From the human T2T-CHM13v2.0 reference genome, Homo sapiens, in assembly GCF_009914755.1 (NCBI RefSeq), contig NC_060927.1: a stretch of 64,000 nt of DNA. One strand, given 5' to 3'. Shown here one piece after another: positions 41,284 through 55,488 of this stretch; position 1 is the stretch's first letter; the number at the start of each line of letters is the position of its first letter. The notes beneath the pieces were generated by a model. The model searched no databases, was not told the origin of the DNA, and saw only the letters and a program-made list of their open reading frames with translations. A program made the translations under genes and the position numbers.

Positions 41284-43149
41284 GAGGCCAGGGATAAAAA
41301 TTGGAGACAGTCAGTGTGTAGTCCAGTAACATAGCAGTACATTTCAGCCAGTGGCAGAGACTGCCAGGCACGTTCTGATAGGTACGTTGTGATAAACGAA
41401 ATGGAATATGAAAGAGGGGCAGGGACTAACTTATAGATTTTAAATCTTGGAGCCAGGTATTACTGAAAGAATTTGGTAAAAATCAAGTTCAAGAACAAAA
41501 CCATCCAAAAGCAAAACCAATTCAAACCGCTAAGATGTGGAAAGCTGTTGAGGGCTAGTGAAAGGCAGATCCATAAGGTTCTTAAATATGGATGCAAATA
41601 ATATTTGAAGGAGAATCTGAGACTGCACCCATACTCTGGAAACAACCAGTAAGCTTATGCAGCTACCCTGATCTCTAGATCATTCTTCTTTGGTTAGAAT
41701 TAAAACTACATCATTATTTTAACTCACAGCTTTTCTATATATTTTTAATGAGTGTATTCACAGAAAAGAAGAGTATGAAATGTGCTCTTGCAAAATGAGC
41801 CACTCAGCTAGTTTCTGAAGAGTTAATGTTTAATAGTAGCATCCGCATTGCTACTATATATTCTTCAATTGCTAATGTTGTGATTTCTATCAGAAATACT
41901 TCATTCATGTCATCTGTTCAGCAGTCCATGGTGAAATGAAGAAAAGTAATAGCAACTAGGTTGTCAAAAAGCTGTGTATTGAATTTAAAAGAGAACGCAG
42001 GATTCTGAGATTATGTTATTCCTACATTTTAGTGTTAAAACTTATTTTCTTTTGTGTAATAATAGTGATAAAAATTGTAGTTGTTGTCATAATAGTCTTT
42101 GCTCTGTAAAATAAAAGCTGATTACACTGTACTGATTTCCAACTTTTATACACATGCAACAAAACACAACACAACCATATACAAAGCAAAATCCAAATCT
42201 ATTCAAGAGAACTCAATGGTATCACAGGGGAAAAAAAGGTTCAAAATTAGGGATTTGAATTATTCTATGTGAAGTTATTAATAATATTTTGAAGTGCAAT
42301 TGACAGTCACCTAGAAGGTCAAAAACAATTGTTTGAAACAGATTTCTCCAAATCAAGTGAAATAAATCTCCCCCAATCCCCATATCACGACATAATGTAT
42401 ATTGAAACTGATGTTGCATAAACAATATATTCAACTGGCAGGTTGTGAATACATTCAGAAAGTTATTGATAACCTTTCATCATGATTTTCTAACTTTGTT
42501 TTGCTCTACCACTCCTGAGTTATAAGCTCATCAACAACTCATTGAAAAAATGATATATATAGAGTGAGTGAAAAAAAATGATGTATATCTAGTTAATCCA
42601 GTTGGTAAGAAGCAACTTCTCTGTATACTACTTTTGACACAAATTTATAGGCCATGTTGAACACTCTCTTTTTATAAATATTCTTTTGTTACTACATATA
42701 CTGGTATTTGATTTACAAATATTTATAAGAATGATTTGAGAATTTGAAAAGTGAACAAAAAAAACATATTAAATATACTTTAAGATAAAATATAATTTTG
42801 TTTTTAATTCTCAAAAACAATTAGTGACAATGTAAAACATTCTATATAGATGATATCTAAACACGTGTAAGAAAAATAAAATGGATCAATTTTTTTCTTA
42901 GCCAGATATGTTTGATTTAAGTAGACATAACTTACGTACATTATATTTGTAATGTTTGGTGTTTTTATGATCCAAATTAAAAAGCACATTTTAAAATTTA
43001 CTTTTGACACCTTGTAGTGCAAGAAAATAAATAAATACTCAAAAATATATGTATAATGAGGTATATTAGAAGACACAGACCGAAGACGCTCCCCTTAGCC
43101 AAATCTGGAATAATTAGAGCATGATAATAACCAAAAATAAAATGCTGAT

Positions 43150-45010
43150 TGTAATGGATTGCAATCCTTAGAATAATATAAATATCCTTGGATCTAGACA
43201 AAATAAGTAAATAAAATAAATAAATAAGGGATGGTACTTCGTTACAGAAGAATTTTGATTAACAAATGTAGAAAAAAATGATGTAAACAGAAAATCACTA
43301 TTTGGAAAGCACATATCACCAAATAGTGATGATTTTGAATTTATGTTTAGAATATTTACAATCACCAATAGATGTTAAAATTACTGAGTGAAAGCAAAAT
43401 GATGAACAAGTATTTGCATAGTCCCAAAGTATCTCTTCACAAATCACTTATTCGTTACAACAGGAAAAACAACTTTATAGTAGAGAAATCTGGCAGAAAC
43501 CACCCTCACCAAAGAGTCAAGTTTTACTACAAGCAATGGAATGTGCTAATATTAAGAACCACTGAGATATGAAGCAGTAAGGACTAAACATCACTTCCAT
43601 TATATTATTGCCAAAAAATGCCTACCATGATTTTCATCACAAGGAAACCTCACACAAGTGAAAATTGAGGGATGTTCAACTAAATATCTTTTTCAGTACT
43701 CTTCAAACATGAAAGGGTCTCAAAGATAGATTGAAGAAATGTCATAGATGAGAGAGAACTAAGGTGATAGTTAAATGCAATATGTGACCTAGACTAGACT
43801 TTGAACCAGAAATTGAACATTTTTTGCACAATTGGCAACATTTGAAGAAAGTTTGTAGATTAGTTAACAGCATCATATCAATATTAATTTCTTGGTTGGA
43901 TAGCTGTAGTGTAGTGACATAAGATGTTAACATCTGGAAGTGTTGGATAAAGGGTACTGCCAGTGAAAAACACACTCACAGTGCTATTTTTCTATTCTCT
44001 CACTGAACAATAATCAATAAAATACTTCTATGACCAAATGTGTGGGGATTTCTCCCAACTAACAAGCAATTAATCAATTTTGCAACAGACATCAGGTGGA
44101 GGTCCTCTAATTCAATTCCATTTTGACACTATCTACCTGGGTATAGCATCAGATCCCACCAGTGGAGGGCTTAGTCCTGCACTTCCAATGCCAATTGCAA
44201 GTCCCTGGTTGTTTTACCTGTGCTTTGGACTAACTGGCTATAAATTAGGGATTTCATGACTCTTTCTTTTGTTTGATTCATTTGCTAGAGTGGCTCACAA
44301 AACTCAGGGAAACAATTATGTGTACTGGTTTACTATAAAGAATATTACAAAGGATACAAGTGAAGAGATGCATAGGGCAAAGTATGGGAGAAAGACCACA
44401 GACTTCACACACAAGGTTTGAGAGAGCTTCCATGCTTTCTCCTCTCATACCACCTTCCAGGAACCTCCATGTGTCCAGTTATTCATAAGCTCTCCATACC
44501 AATCCTCTTGGGCCTAATGGAGATTTCACTGGATTAGCATGATTGAAGTGTGAACTGTGTAGAAATGTGATTCGACAAACAAGGAATAATCTAATACTAG
44601 TAGACTGAATGGGAAAACCCAGCAAGGCCTATCTGTTCAGATTCTTCTTGGCCTCTGCGCAACATTTCTTCCTCCAGGTATGAAGCAGGGCCCCTTCTGA
44701 AATGAAGGTCTTATGATGGGCAATCAGACAAGATAGGTCAGAGAATGTCCTTATGGCCAGCTCCAAGACAGAAAAGAAGGGGAGGCGTCTTGCCTTGGGA
44801 AGAAAAAGTAGCAGGTGAAAGGAGAGAAGGAGAGGAATAGAGAGAGATTCTGCTTTCTGAGGTCTAAATTGTCCCACGGGAGTTGTTAGCTAGGAAGCGT
44901 GGATGAAAACCAATACATATATCGTAATATGACAGGTACACAGGAATTCATTGTACTCTTTCTGCAACTTGTTGTTAGTCAATTGCAAATTGAAAATAAA
45001 ATAATAAAAA
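43150..45010 (+). mobile_element. L1MC4-like 3' end, interrupted by MER21A
   Basis: GTATTTGCATAGTCCCAAAGTATC..., AACTTTATAGTAGAGAAATCTGGCAG; resumes ACAGGAATTCATTGTACTCTTTCTGCAACTT after 44939. Confidence 0.8.
43958..44934 (-). mobile_element. MER21A-like solo LTR
   Basis: TG...CA termini, perfect TSD GGTAC (43953-43957, 44935-44939); minus strand starts TGTCATATTACGATATATGTATTGGTTTTCATCCACG. Confidence 0.85.
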
Positions 45011-46496
45011 TGATTTGTTAAAGTTTTTGTAAATTTTTAAGAAAGTTTATCCAGAGCTCCATGGGAACATCATACATAAGGACCTTAATAGGAATTTAGA
45101 GAAAAGGAGCTGTCTTGTTCACCTGGAGAATCCCATGCCCTGCCTACTCCCCGGTCTTTGCTGCTTCTCCCTGAACACAGCTGAGACCGATTCATCCTCT
45201 GCAAGATCCCCACAGACCATGTCTTTAGAACCAAATCTTACTTTAGACAAGAAGGTGGTACAGAACTCTAATCGCCACAATCAGTTTTAGCCACATGTGA
45301 ATGGTATTGCTAGTTCAGTCCTGACCTTGTACCCTAGTTCCAGTAAGACAGTGTCTGCTTTGTCCTACTAAACTTCTCTAGGTGACCATTTTAGTTCTTC
45401 TGTCCTTTTAGCAGTATAGTCCTTCCTTCCTCTTGCACTGTCACCTATTTTTAAATGATAGACCTCCCAGATGCCAAATACTTGTCATCATATCTGTGCA
45501 GACATGATTCCTCTGAAATCCTTATCTCTTATGCCATCTCCATTACCTCACAGTAACCCTCACCAAGAACCAGCTCCTTGTTTGCATTTTAGGTTATTCC
45601 TTGTCTACCTTCCAGAATCTATGGATGTATGCCATCATAAACTTCCTGTAGTATATTAATTTCCCCAGCTCATGCCTTATCCCAGCAAGTAGCCTGAATA
45701 TGGCTACAAAGGGTTCCCAGCCAAGCTTCAGTGCTTCACCCACTGCCTTCACATGGGTGCTATGGTTCTTCTTACATACCCAAAGTGCCCCCAACAACCT
45801 AGATGATGACAATACGCATCATGAACTACCCACCCACGAGGAGCCATTCTAATAGGGACTGGGGAGGGATTTTGAGGCTATAATGTTCAACGTTGCTTTT
45901 TGTGGCCACGCTATGAAAAAGGTAGCTGCTATCAGGGGAATAGAAACTAAAATTAGATAACTCAGCAAACATAATCAGGAACAGAGGGTGCTATTTCCTA
46001 ATTTTGTTCTCAAAAAAGATCTACACTGCATTTTTTTTAATATGGAAATTTTACTCGATGAATTGAACCTTGTCTGTTTGGACTAATTATAAAGAACTTG
46101 AAGGGCCATGACACACTGTAATTTGTGCTTTTTCTAAGTTGTAGACCTTATAATGCACATAAATGGAATTGACTGCCCATCCCCTGCATTTCAGCATGAT
46201 TTTATTGTTCTCTAATACAAACATGTGTGCAGCAGCACTCATGAGGAATGTGAGAGGCAACATGTTGCTCAGAGATACGTCACTGCAATTTAAATGCCCT
46301 AATTGCTTATTCTAGGTGTATATTCGAAATTACAAAATTGACTTTTTTTCTCATTATATGAGTTGTGAATGGCAAAGACTTTATGCTTAGCTGTATTTTA
46401 TTTTTTCTTATTTCTACTTACGATTTTTTTTCAAGTTGACTTAGTTTTTTTCCAGGGGTAAAGGGTTCAATAATTTGAGAGAAGCTTCATCCTGTG

Positions 46497-46710
46497 CCGC
46501 TGCGTTGTTCAATGGAGTAGCCACATTTAAATAACCACAGGTGGCTATTTAAAGTAAAATTTAAACAAATTAAAATTAGAGAGAGTTAAAAATTCAGTTC
46601 CTCATTTACACTAGACACATTTTAAATATTCAATAGCCACATGTGCCTAGTGGCTACTGTATTGTGAGTGCATTTCTGTGATGGAGAAAGTTCTCTTGGA
46701 CAGCATGTAA
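46497..46710. mobile_element. MER3-type hAT-Charlie MITE
   Basis: GTAGCCAC...GTGGCTATTTAAA...AAAATTCAGTTCCTCA...TAGCCACATGTGCCTAGTGGCTACTGTATTG...GAAAGTTCTCTTGGACAGC. Confidence 0.85.
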
Positions 46711-47949
46711 ATCTAAAGCGTAAAGAATTTTAGAGGTTTTCTGATGGTAATATGTATGAAATATATAAATGATATCACAGAGAAATGGGTAACTCTCAAA
46801 AAGACGTGGTAACATCATAGTGAAAAGCAGGAGAGGTTATAGAATGCTAAATGCACATTTTTTCCTTAATAAAAATATTCGTGACCTTATGAATTGAATT
46901 ATGCTAAATTTCTATATAATGTTGTGTGCTATTGTGAGATGATTTTCTCTGCAATGATATTAGTCAAAAGCATATTTTTTGCTATAAGTTTTAAACATCA
47001 AATCACAATTTTCTTCTGACTCATTAGCAGCCCACAGTAGCTTGAAAAATGTAAGATATCTGTCTTACAAAATTGCAGTCTAACATATAATGCCTCATTT
47101 AGAAAAATATATCCAGACTGTTTCATACAAATTTGTGTAGGTCAATTTTCAAACCTTTTCAAGTGTTAAATCCCATATAGTATTGAATTAAATCAGATTT
47201 AAAAGAAATAGCTATAACAATAATAATATCCATTTACATGATCTCAATATGTAGAAAGAATTTGTTTTGCCCACACATAGCTTAAAATGTTAAACACATT
47301 GAAGATGAAAAGTATAGCAATTAAAATAGATGTAAAGCTGGGAATTTTTTAAAAAGTATGTATAGTCATACCATGATTTTACTAGAGAAAAATCACTTTG
47401 ATTCTTTCATACTACTTCTCACATAATTTTAACTTTGTAAAACAAAAATGCTGGGCAAGCTAATGGAGAGTTCTCCTGAAAAGAACCACAAAGGTGAATA
47501 ACACACAGAAATGTCCTTTGAGAAACTCACAGTTGGCTGATGTAGGCAGACATGCACACAAAAGTAGGATGCTTGATACAATTTAGTCTCTTCAGCAGCA
47601 GTGGTAGATCATTTACAAAAGTGGCTGACTAGACAGTCTAACAGTTTGCCTATTTTGACTGGCTGCAGTTGTCAGGTTTATGCTAAGAGTTGGCCAGTCA
47701 TGCCTAATATGTCATACCTCAACTTCAGATACAAAATTTCTGAAGTGGGGAATGCTGATACAATTTTCACATGCCTTGACCCTGCTATAAGCTCTGGCTT
47801 CCAAAACTTTCATTTATATGTCTTTGTCATTGCAATGGTACCTTTTCATAAGTAGAACTTTTCATATATTCTAGTAAGCGTTTTTCTTCGAACCCTCAAT
47901 TGCTTCATGCATCTCATTAATTAGTCATTTAGTTTCTCATTGATGTGGG

Positions 47950-48860
47950 TCAGTCCCACTGAACACTCCTCAAGAAGAATTGGTACTTCCTTCCTTAACC
48001 ATTCTATTGCAACTGTTAAAGATCACAAGTATGGTATTCTGTATTGCATTTATTTGTTTAAAATCCTGTCTCCCATACTAGATAATATTTTATGGCAAGA
48101 AATTATGTCTTAGTAACTTTGTCCCTCAAGTTTTTCAGTCCTAAATCTTTGTTGAACAACAAATAAATAAATATGCTGCTACGAATAACTTATTATTTTT
48201 TCAATTATGTTATTTCCTGAAGGAAACCTTCACTGCCTCACCTAAACTAAATTCTCCTGTATGTCTCTTTTGTGGTACTTATCAAAATATAGATAACACT
48301 TTTATAAATTGAGGAATTTATTAATGTTTGTTTCCTACCTTGAAAATAGGTCCTTGAAAACACAGACCCCATCTGCTGGATGGAATAGCAGAACAGTTAG
48401 CTAAGGTTATTATGTGGAAAGTCGAAACAAATAAGAACAGAGCAGAAAGATCACAACTGGGATTGGAGGTTTGGTCCTCACCTAGTTTGAGTGATATTTA
48501 TAGCATTGAAATTAAATGACTATGTGTACGGAGAGAAAAAAGAGGATCAAGGAACCAGTGCTGGAGGTTTGGGTGACAGCCATATTTAAGAAATGAGGAA
48601 AGAAAAACAAATGAAGGAAAGAAGTGGAAACAGTGACCAAAGGGAGGAGAATTAGAAAATGCAGAGTGGTGAAAGGTAAGGAAAAAAGACTTTCAAGGAA
48701 GGGGGGTTTAATGACACCGCATGCCATAAACAGGTCGATTAGCACAAGACAATAGTAATGAAATGTGAACATTCTAGGTGATACTTGAGAAATTAATTTC
48801 AATAGTGCAGTGGGAGTTTAACCCCACATAGAGAGATTTATAAGAGATGGATTCTTCAAA
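47950..48860. mobile_element. L2 fragments (plus-strand 3' ends, then a minus-strand piece)
   Basis: CTGTCTCCCATACTAGA...TTGTTGAACAACAAATAAAT; GAGGATCAAGGAACCAG...GACAGCCATATTTAAG. Confidence 0.5.
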
Positions 48861-50687
48861 GCAGCAGTTTTGGAGTACATGTAATATTAACGGAATTGGG
48901 CAGTCAGTGGAAATAAAACATTACAGTACTTTAGTAAGAAATGAGATCAAGTTTGAAGTCAAATCTGTGGACTTAAATCAGTCACTCCTGCCATGGGAAG
49001 GAGAGTTGAGTTATTTCTACATTAACAAATAGCATATTACATATGTGCCAGGTGTGAATAAAAATTCTGATTTTCTGCAAACTTATTTTAAACTATAAGC
49101 AATATAGCATATGTAATAAAATAGAAAATAAAAGTTTGATATTTATTAGCAAGTACAGTCTTTTGTCCAATCAAATATTATAGAAAAATCTAATATTACC
49201 TTTGAAATACCCACAAGACAAATATTAATACTTAATACATGTACATTTTAAAAGTACATATTTGCCTGAATAGTTTTCAAAATTAAAACAAAAGTATTGG
49301 GATTTTCTGTTTTGTTTGTTTGTTTTTTTACTATTTGGTATATTCAATAGACATTACCCATTCACTCAAGAATTTATTGCAAGCTTATTTTGAACCAGGT
49401 ATTGCTCCGGGTGTTTTCATGTTTTCCCTAGGGGCAATTGTTCAGTATTTGTTAATTCATTGGTCACAACAACATTACATATAAAATACAACTACTGCAA
49501 ATTAGAAGAATCGATTCTATTTCATTTGTAAGTTGACATATGTTTCCCTCATTTGGCTAGAACTCCTTAAAGAAAAAGATATGTTATCTTCATTTTGTAT
49601 TCTCAGCATATGGTCTGGTGCCTGGAGCAAAATAGCTCCTCAGTCAGTGTTAGTGAGTAAGAGAACAAACAGGCAAAATAAAGTAAAAATGTTAGGTTTT
49701 CTGTTTCAATTGAAGGTCCATCCAGAAAAGACATGGTTTCTGCAAATAGCAATTTCACAGTTTACCAACTTCAGAAGTGAAAAACCAGGAACACTGAATG
49801 GTGAACCAACCACAGAATGCACCAATAAGTATGTTCATGAAACGTAATTGTCTTTGTATTGATTGGAAATTTTGTGAGTGCTTTTGGGTCAGGGATGGGG
49901 GAAAAGGAGACAGGTCAACTAGACAGTAAGTGGCCTTTGGATGGTTAAAGAAACACATTCTTCATAGAAATCCCTTTGTACTGTAGATACAGACCTTCTG
50001 TCCTCCCATTAAAAAAAAAAAAACGGAGGTGAAGTTGTCATTTGAAGAAGCTTGAAGCTACTGCTTATGTAACATGCTGGCTAATGTCCTCCAGATTTCA
50101 TTGGTTACTTCCTTGAATTATTCTTCTGATGCTCTCCTTTTCGCTACACATTCTGTTTTCCCAGGTTTCAAAATCACCCTTCTTACACACCTCTTTAAAG
50201 TCAAAGGTCTTTTTTACTTCAATTTCAAACACCATCCCAATACTTCCTTCCAAGATTTACTGAAAGAGTATGTCCTCTGAGAACTAAGAGAACTGAAATC
50301 TTCACATACAGATGCTAATGTGCTAAACACAATTTTAAATGTAGTTTAAAGATAACTTGATGTCATTTCTGAGATGTTTGGCTTCCTCAGTATTTGTGCC
50401 TGGAATTGTATGTGTCACATTCGTGTATAATACACTGTGATTTAATTTAAAAATTTCAGAAGGACAGGTATTGCCTTGTCCTTGTTTTCACAGTCCTCAA
50501 TACAGATGATGAATATGCATCTATTCAGTCATAAATTCACAGCTTCCAATGAATACCTGTGTGACCCATGCAGTTTAACCTCCATGCAGTTTAAAGTCTA
50601 TGCTGAAAAATAGATATTAACTGTTGTAACTATATCATTTATTTGACAAAGAGATACTTTTGTGAATGGTAAATAATACCAAGTACT

Positions 50688-50750
50688 CTAGTAAAACCGG
50701 CATAAAGCTGGACTGTTCAAGATAATCCAGGACATATATGGTCACCCTAC
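50688..50750 (-). mobile_element. MER81/MER94-like hAT-Blackjack end
   Basis: GGCATAAAGCTGGACTG...CCAGGACATATATGGTCACCCTA (reverse complement of the TAGGGTGACCATA terminus). Confidence 0.6.
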
Positions 50751-52319
50751 TAGTAATAGTGTCTAACATTACTAAATGAGAAAACACCCAGAAAACACTT
50801 AGACTTAGAAATTAGAACTATAGGTACTCAATAGGTGTTAGAATATTATTAATATTTGTATATATTATTATTGGCTTAGAAAAACCCTTGAGGCCACTGT
50901 TGATCTATACTAAGAGTCACTCTATTGAGACAATTAGACAATTCAGGACAGTGTAATTATTAGTCCACTTTTGTTTCTTTTACATTTTTTGACAGCATAT
51001 TTCAAAGTTAAACAATTCTCATCATCAATACATTTCTATCATCTGAATGCAGTGAATAAAATATTTTAATGAACTAAAACACTGTTTGTTAGAATTCTGT
51101 CCTTGTTGTGGATTTAGAAGAGCTGTTCAATTTTTTGAATGAGCCTGAAAGATTATTTTGAAATGTTTCTCAGTCTCCTGTTTTAAAAGCAGAATCATTT
51201 TAATTCCTTTAAGTTATCCTCCTGAGTATAATTTTCCAGCTTTCTCATTTATGTGACTCTCCAGTGAATCCTACACAAAGTTCATTAAGCTCCTTAAGGA
51301 CCTCAAATTGGACAGTATCCTTATCTAATAACACCAAAATGTTGAGTACAGCAAGAGGATAACACTGAAATTGCTATATGCTAATTTGGCATTCTAGTAA
51401 AGCATTTCCATATGTATATTGAGTATCATGCTTTATTTGTTACTGTGTATGGAAATAAATACAGCTCTTGTCTCTGAAGAGTTTACAATAATAAAACAAA
51501 AAAAACTACAGCCTTCTTTAGGTCATTAAGATCTTTACTGTGTTGTAGACGCTGGACTGAAAGCTCTGCAAGGACCCAGATCTTGTTTGTTTTATATTAT
51601 TACTGTGTAACAAGCTCTTATCCATGACACAACATGGCCTGCTAGCAAATATTTGCTAAATAAATGAATGAGAAGATGAAAAAATGAATAGAACACAGAT
51701 GAGAGAATACTAAATAAATGTGGTAAATCGTATATTAAAGTTATGTACAAATAGAAATATCAGATGCTAACATCTATTAATCATTTAATCAAGAAATATT
51801 TATTGAACACCTCTCCTGCTAAACACTAAAAATATAAAAGAAAACTAAGATACTGTTGTTGCTCAATTATTAACATAGAAAAAATTATAGATTAGATAAA
51901 ATGATAGCAAATAATCTCATATATGTGAAAAGAATAATGCAATATGAACAATCAAATTCAGCCCATAATTACAAAGTTAATTTAATAATAAGAAATTAAT
52001 TTTTAGGTCATTATGCTGCTAATTAAAAGTGAAAAATTAATCATGGCAGTACTTGACAAAAAGTCTTTGGATAATACCCAAATATTTCTGGTATTTGTGT
52101 TAGCAAAATGGAAATAAAATAAATTATTCTTAACACACACAGTTTAAATTAGAAATACTGATAGAGATTATTCTAAAAGGATGAGTCATTAGAAAATGTC
52201 CCACTCAAACCAGAAACAAAGCCTCTACATTGCACTATGTTTCAACCATCTGGAAGTTATTATTTTTTTAAGGAAACAACAAGTTTATAGATACTAGAAA
52301 GGAAGAGATGCAATGATAA

Positions 52320-52368
52320 TTGTGTGTGTATGTGGGTGTGTGTGTGTGTGTCTCTGAGAGAGAGAGTG
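52320..52368. repeat. (TG)n-(AG)n compound microsatellite
   Basis: Direct reading. Confidence 0.8.
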
Positions 52369-54889
52369 ACTATGCAGAGATAGTCATCAAAATGTCCATA
52401 ATTACTATCTTGAAGAAGATGAAACTGCAGGGGCTGTCATTCTGTTTACAATTTTGTATTTGGGATGATGGGGGTGGTTGTAGCTTTGTATTAAAAAACA
52501 CATCCCTCACCACATGGACCTGCGCTGAAGAAGAAAAATGTAACTATAACCAAATAACCCGCATTGTAATATGTAACATGATAGGAACCCTTACAAAGAG
52601 AACATGGGAGGAAATAACCAATGGAATGCTAGGACATATCTTGGAGACAAAAGAAATGTTTTCAAGAATGTAAAAATAATGTGTGAAATTAAGGAATATA
52701 TAAACATGATTTATTCTGCAAGAGCAAACAATTCTATATGGTTAAGAGTATCGAGTATGGGGGAAGAAGAGAAGGAAGACAGAGTAATATATTTGAAAAG
52801 GGGGATTTGGCCAGATTGTAAAACTTGCCTATTATGCCAAACAGATTAGGCTTAACTTCATACCACTGGTAACCATACATTTTTTTCATGTATACGTAAA
52901 TGAATTGTTAAAAACTATTTATTCTTTGTAATACGGCTATATCAGATACAGTCTAGCTTAATCTTTAATTCACATAAATTCACTTCTGAGTGAGTAAGGT
53001 AAGTAGGTACTTAGACAGACAGGTAGGTATGTAGGTGGATAGATAAACAGTCAGATAGATGGATTAGAAAAAAATGTATTACCTGGCTAAAATAAGGAAT
53101 TGCCCCTTCAAAATTCCTGAACAAAAGAAGAAGCTCTTTTCACTTTGCTCTCAGGGAAATCACTCTTAGAAGCTATAAATCTTGAAATGACCCTTTGTTT
53201 ATGACCCTGGAGATGTTTTTACCTGAGAAATGCAGAAAATATCATCCAGGTGGATGACAAAATAGACAAGGATAATTATGAAAGGAGTTTTGGGAAAGGA
53301 GACCTGTAGAAAGCAAATTGTTCTCAGAAAGATTTATTTTAGGGGAAATATATATAGAAATGGAAGATCTAGAAATGTATTTCATTAGAAATATCTATGA
53401 CCTCATACTGTATATCCTAGAATGTCCTCCCGTGGCCAAGAGGTTAAGGCATCTTAGTTTGCAGACCACTTGCATTGACAAGAAAATGCTGCTATCTAAA
53501 AATACTTTATATAAATATAAAAGTGACCTGATGATATTTGTCTTTTAGAAAGATGCCTGACTATCACATCACTATTACATCTCAAGTGCCTAAATCTGAG
53601 CCAGAGACCTAGAAAGTAATTAATAATATCTATAATTGGTATCAATAAAGTAATCAATAAATAAACTGATAAGCAAGTGAGTAAATTAGGAAGTACAAAG
53701 ACAGGAAAGATGTGTTTCCTAAACTTGGAACTCCTCCATCCACTGTCTTACTTGTCTGTCTAGATAACATCTATCTTTCTGTGAAGTTTTACGTCTTTTG
53801 AAAAATTTCCCTCAAGTTACACTGTTTCTCTCAGTATTCTCTGTGAGCCTGTTGTGCTTTGTGAATATCCTCTGTCATATTAATTTTCATATTGTATTGT
53901 AATTGTTGACTTCTATGTCTGTTTTTTGCTCTAGCTTATGATAACATGAATCACTCTGGCCAATATATTTGCAGTGTCTGGATCTAGTACATATTTAATA
54001 AAAATTTAATGAATAATACAAAGACTTGAAGATTGTATATTTAGATCCTTAGTGTTGTCACTAAAAAGACTATTTCCTGGCTTCCACTTTATGGGGAGAT
54101 ACAAGTAAATTCAATAATTGCATTTTCCAGTCTTAATTTGAGGATCTTCAGGAGGCAAATTTCTTATTTCAACACACAGTTTAGTTAAATCTTTTTCAGA
54201 GCTACTAGTCTGCTTTTGTCTTTGAAAATTATGAATCATATAAATGGTCAGATGTCCATCTTTGTTATGAATAACAAAAGGCTTAAAATCAAGTTTTTCA
54301 TTACTAGAGAAACAATACATGCATATTTCATACAACTGTACTGCTGGCTTCATTTTATCTTCTTGTCCTCATTTTATTTTAGTCCTCATTTTCATCAGTG
54401 AATTTGTAGCAATGAAAAATATTTTTTATAAAACACAATTTGTATAGGTAAATAGAAATAAAACTATAATAAATACAAAGGTGAAATTGTTTTCTACTCT
54501 TGACTCACAGACCCCTTCCCAGAGGCAACCACTCTCACCAGCATCTTAGTTATCTAGTATATTGCTTTTGAAGGTAATCTGCACATACACAATTTACATA
54601 AGCATATTGTATACTTTACATAAATTATGGTGTAACGTAACTACTCTACATTTTTTCCACTTTGGCAATAGATATTATATATTTGTTTATTTTCCATCTT
54701 TCTTATTGTAACATATTTTTGATATATTTTGGATCTTCTTATTCCAGTTTCCACATATCTTAACCACTCTGATACTAATCATCTGTTTATCTCTTTGTAC
54801 TGCCTTCTGGAAAATTCTCTCAGCTCCATCTTTCAGTTCATTAATTATCTCTTCACCCAAATCTAATCTGCCTATTGCAAGATCTCCTT

Positions 54890-55133
54890 GGATTGCTTGA
54901 TGCCAGAAGCTCAAGACCAGCCTGTGAAACATAGCGAGATCCCGTCTCTACAAAAAATTAAAAAATTAGTCAGGCATAATGGCACATACCTCTAGTCCTA
55001 AGCTACTTAGGAAGACAAGGTGGGAGGTTTGCTTGAGCCCACAAATTAGATGCTGCAGTGAGCAATGGTCATGCCATTGCCCTCCAATCTGGTAACAGAG
55101 CAAGACCTTGTCCCTTGTAAAAAAGAAAAAAAA
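54890..55133 (+). mobile_element. AluJ, 5'-truncated
   Basis: GGATTGCTTGATGCCAGAAGCTCAAGACCAGCCTG...GAGCAAGACCTTGTC-polyA. Confidence 0.88.
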
Positions 55134-55488
55134 GTTTGTCTTTCTGTGCCTGGCTTTCACTTAACATAGTGTCTTCAGTTCTATTCATTGTTGCAAATGA
55201 CAGGATCTCATTCATTTTTTATGATGGAATAGTACTACATTATGAGTATGTACCACATTTACTTTATCCATTCACCTGTTGGTGGAAGCTTAGGTTGCTT
55301 CCAAATCTTGACTCTTATGAATAAACATGGGAGTGAAGATATTTCTTCAATACACTGATTTCCTTTCTTTTGGGTATATACCTGGCAGTGGGATTGTTGG
55401 ATCATATGGTAGCTCTATGCTCAGTTTTTTGAGGAACCTCCATACTGTTCTCCATTGTGTGCTCATAAAAATTAAAAATTAAAAAAAA
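55134..55488. mobile_element. L1MA-like short insertion with 5' inversion (minus 55134-~55457, then a plus-strand 3' tail)
   Basis: GTTTGTCTTTCTGTGCCTGGC...GAGGAACCTCCATACTGTTCTCCAT, then GTGCTCATAAAAATTAAAAATTAAAAAAAA. Confidence 0.8.

Noticed and set aside
41229-41300. PolyT followed by GAGGCCAGGG, as a severely truncated Alu or processed pseudogene tail
   Set aside because: No Alu body and no convincing TSD
44620-44660. Shared CTGTTCAGATTCTTCTTG segment with 56370-56405
   Set aside because: Explained by homology between MER21A and MER39 LTRs, not a local duplication
45050-45850. GC-elevated stretch, possibly an old LTR or internal fragment
   Set aside because: Could not assign termini, TSD or family
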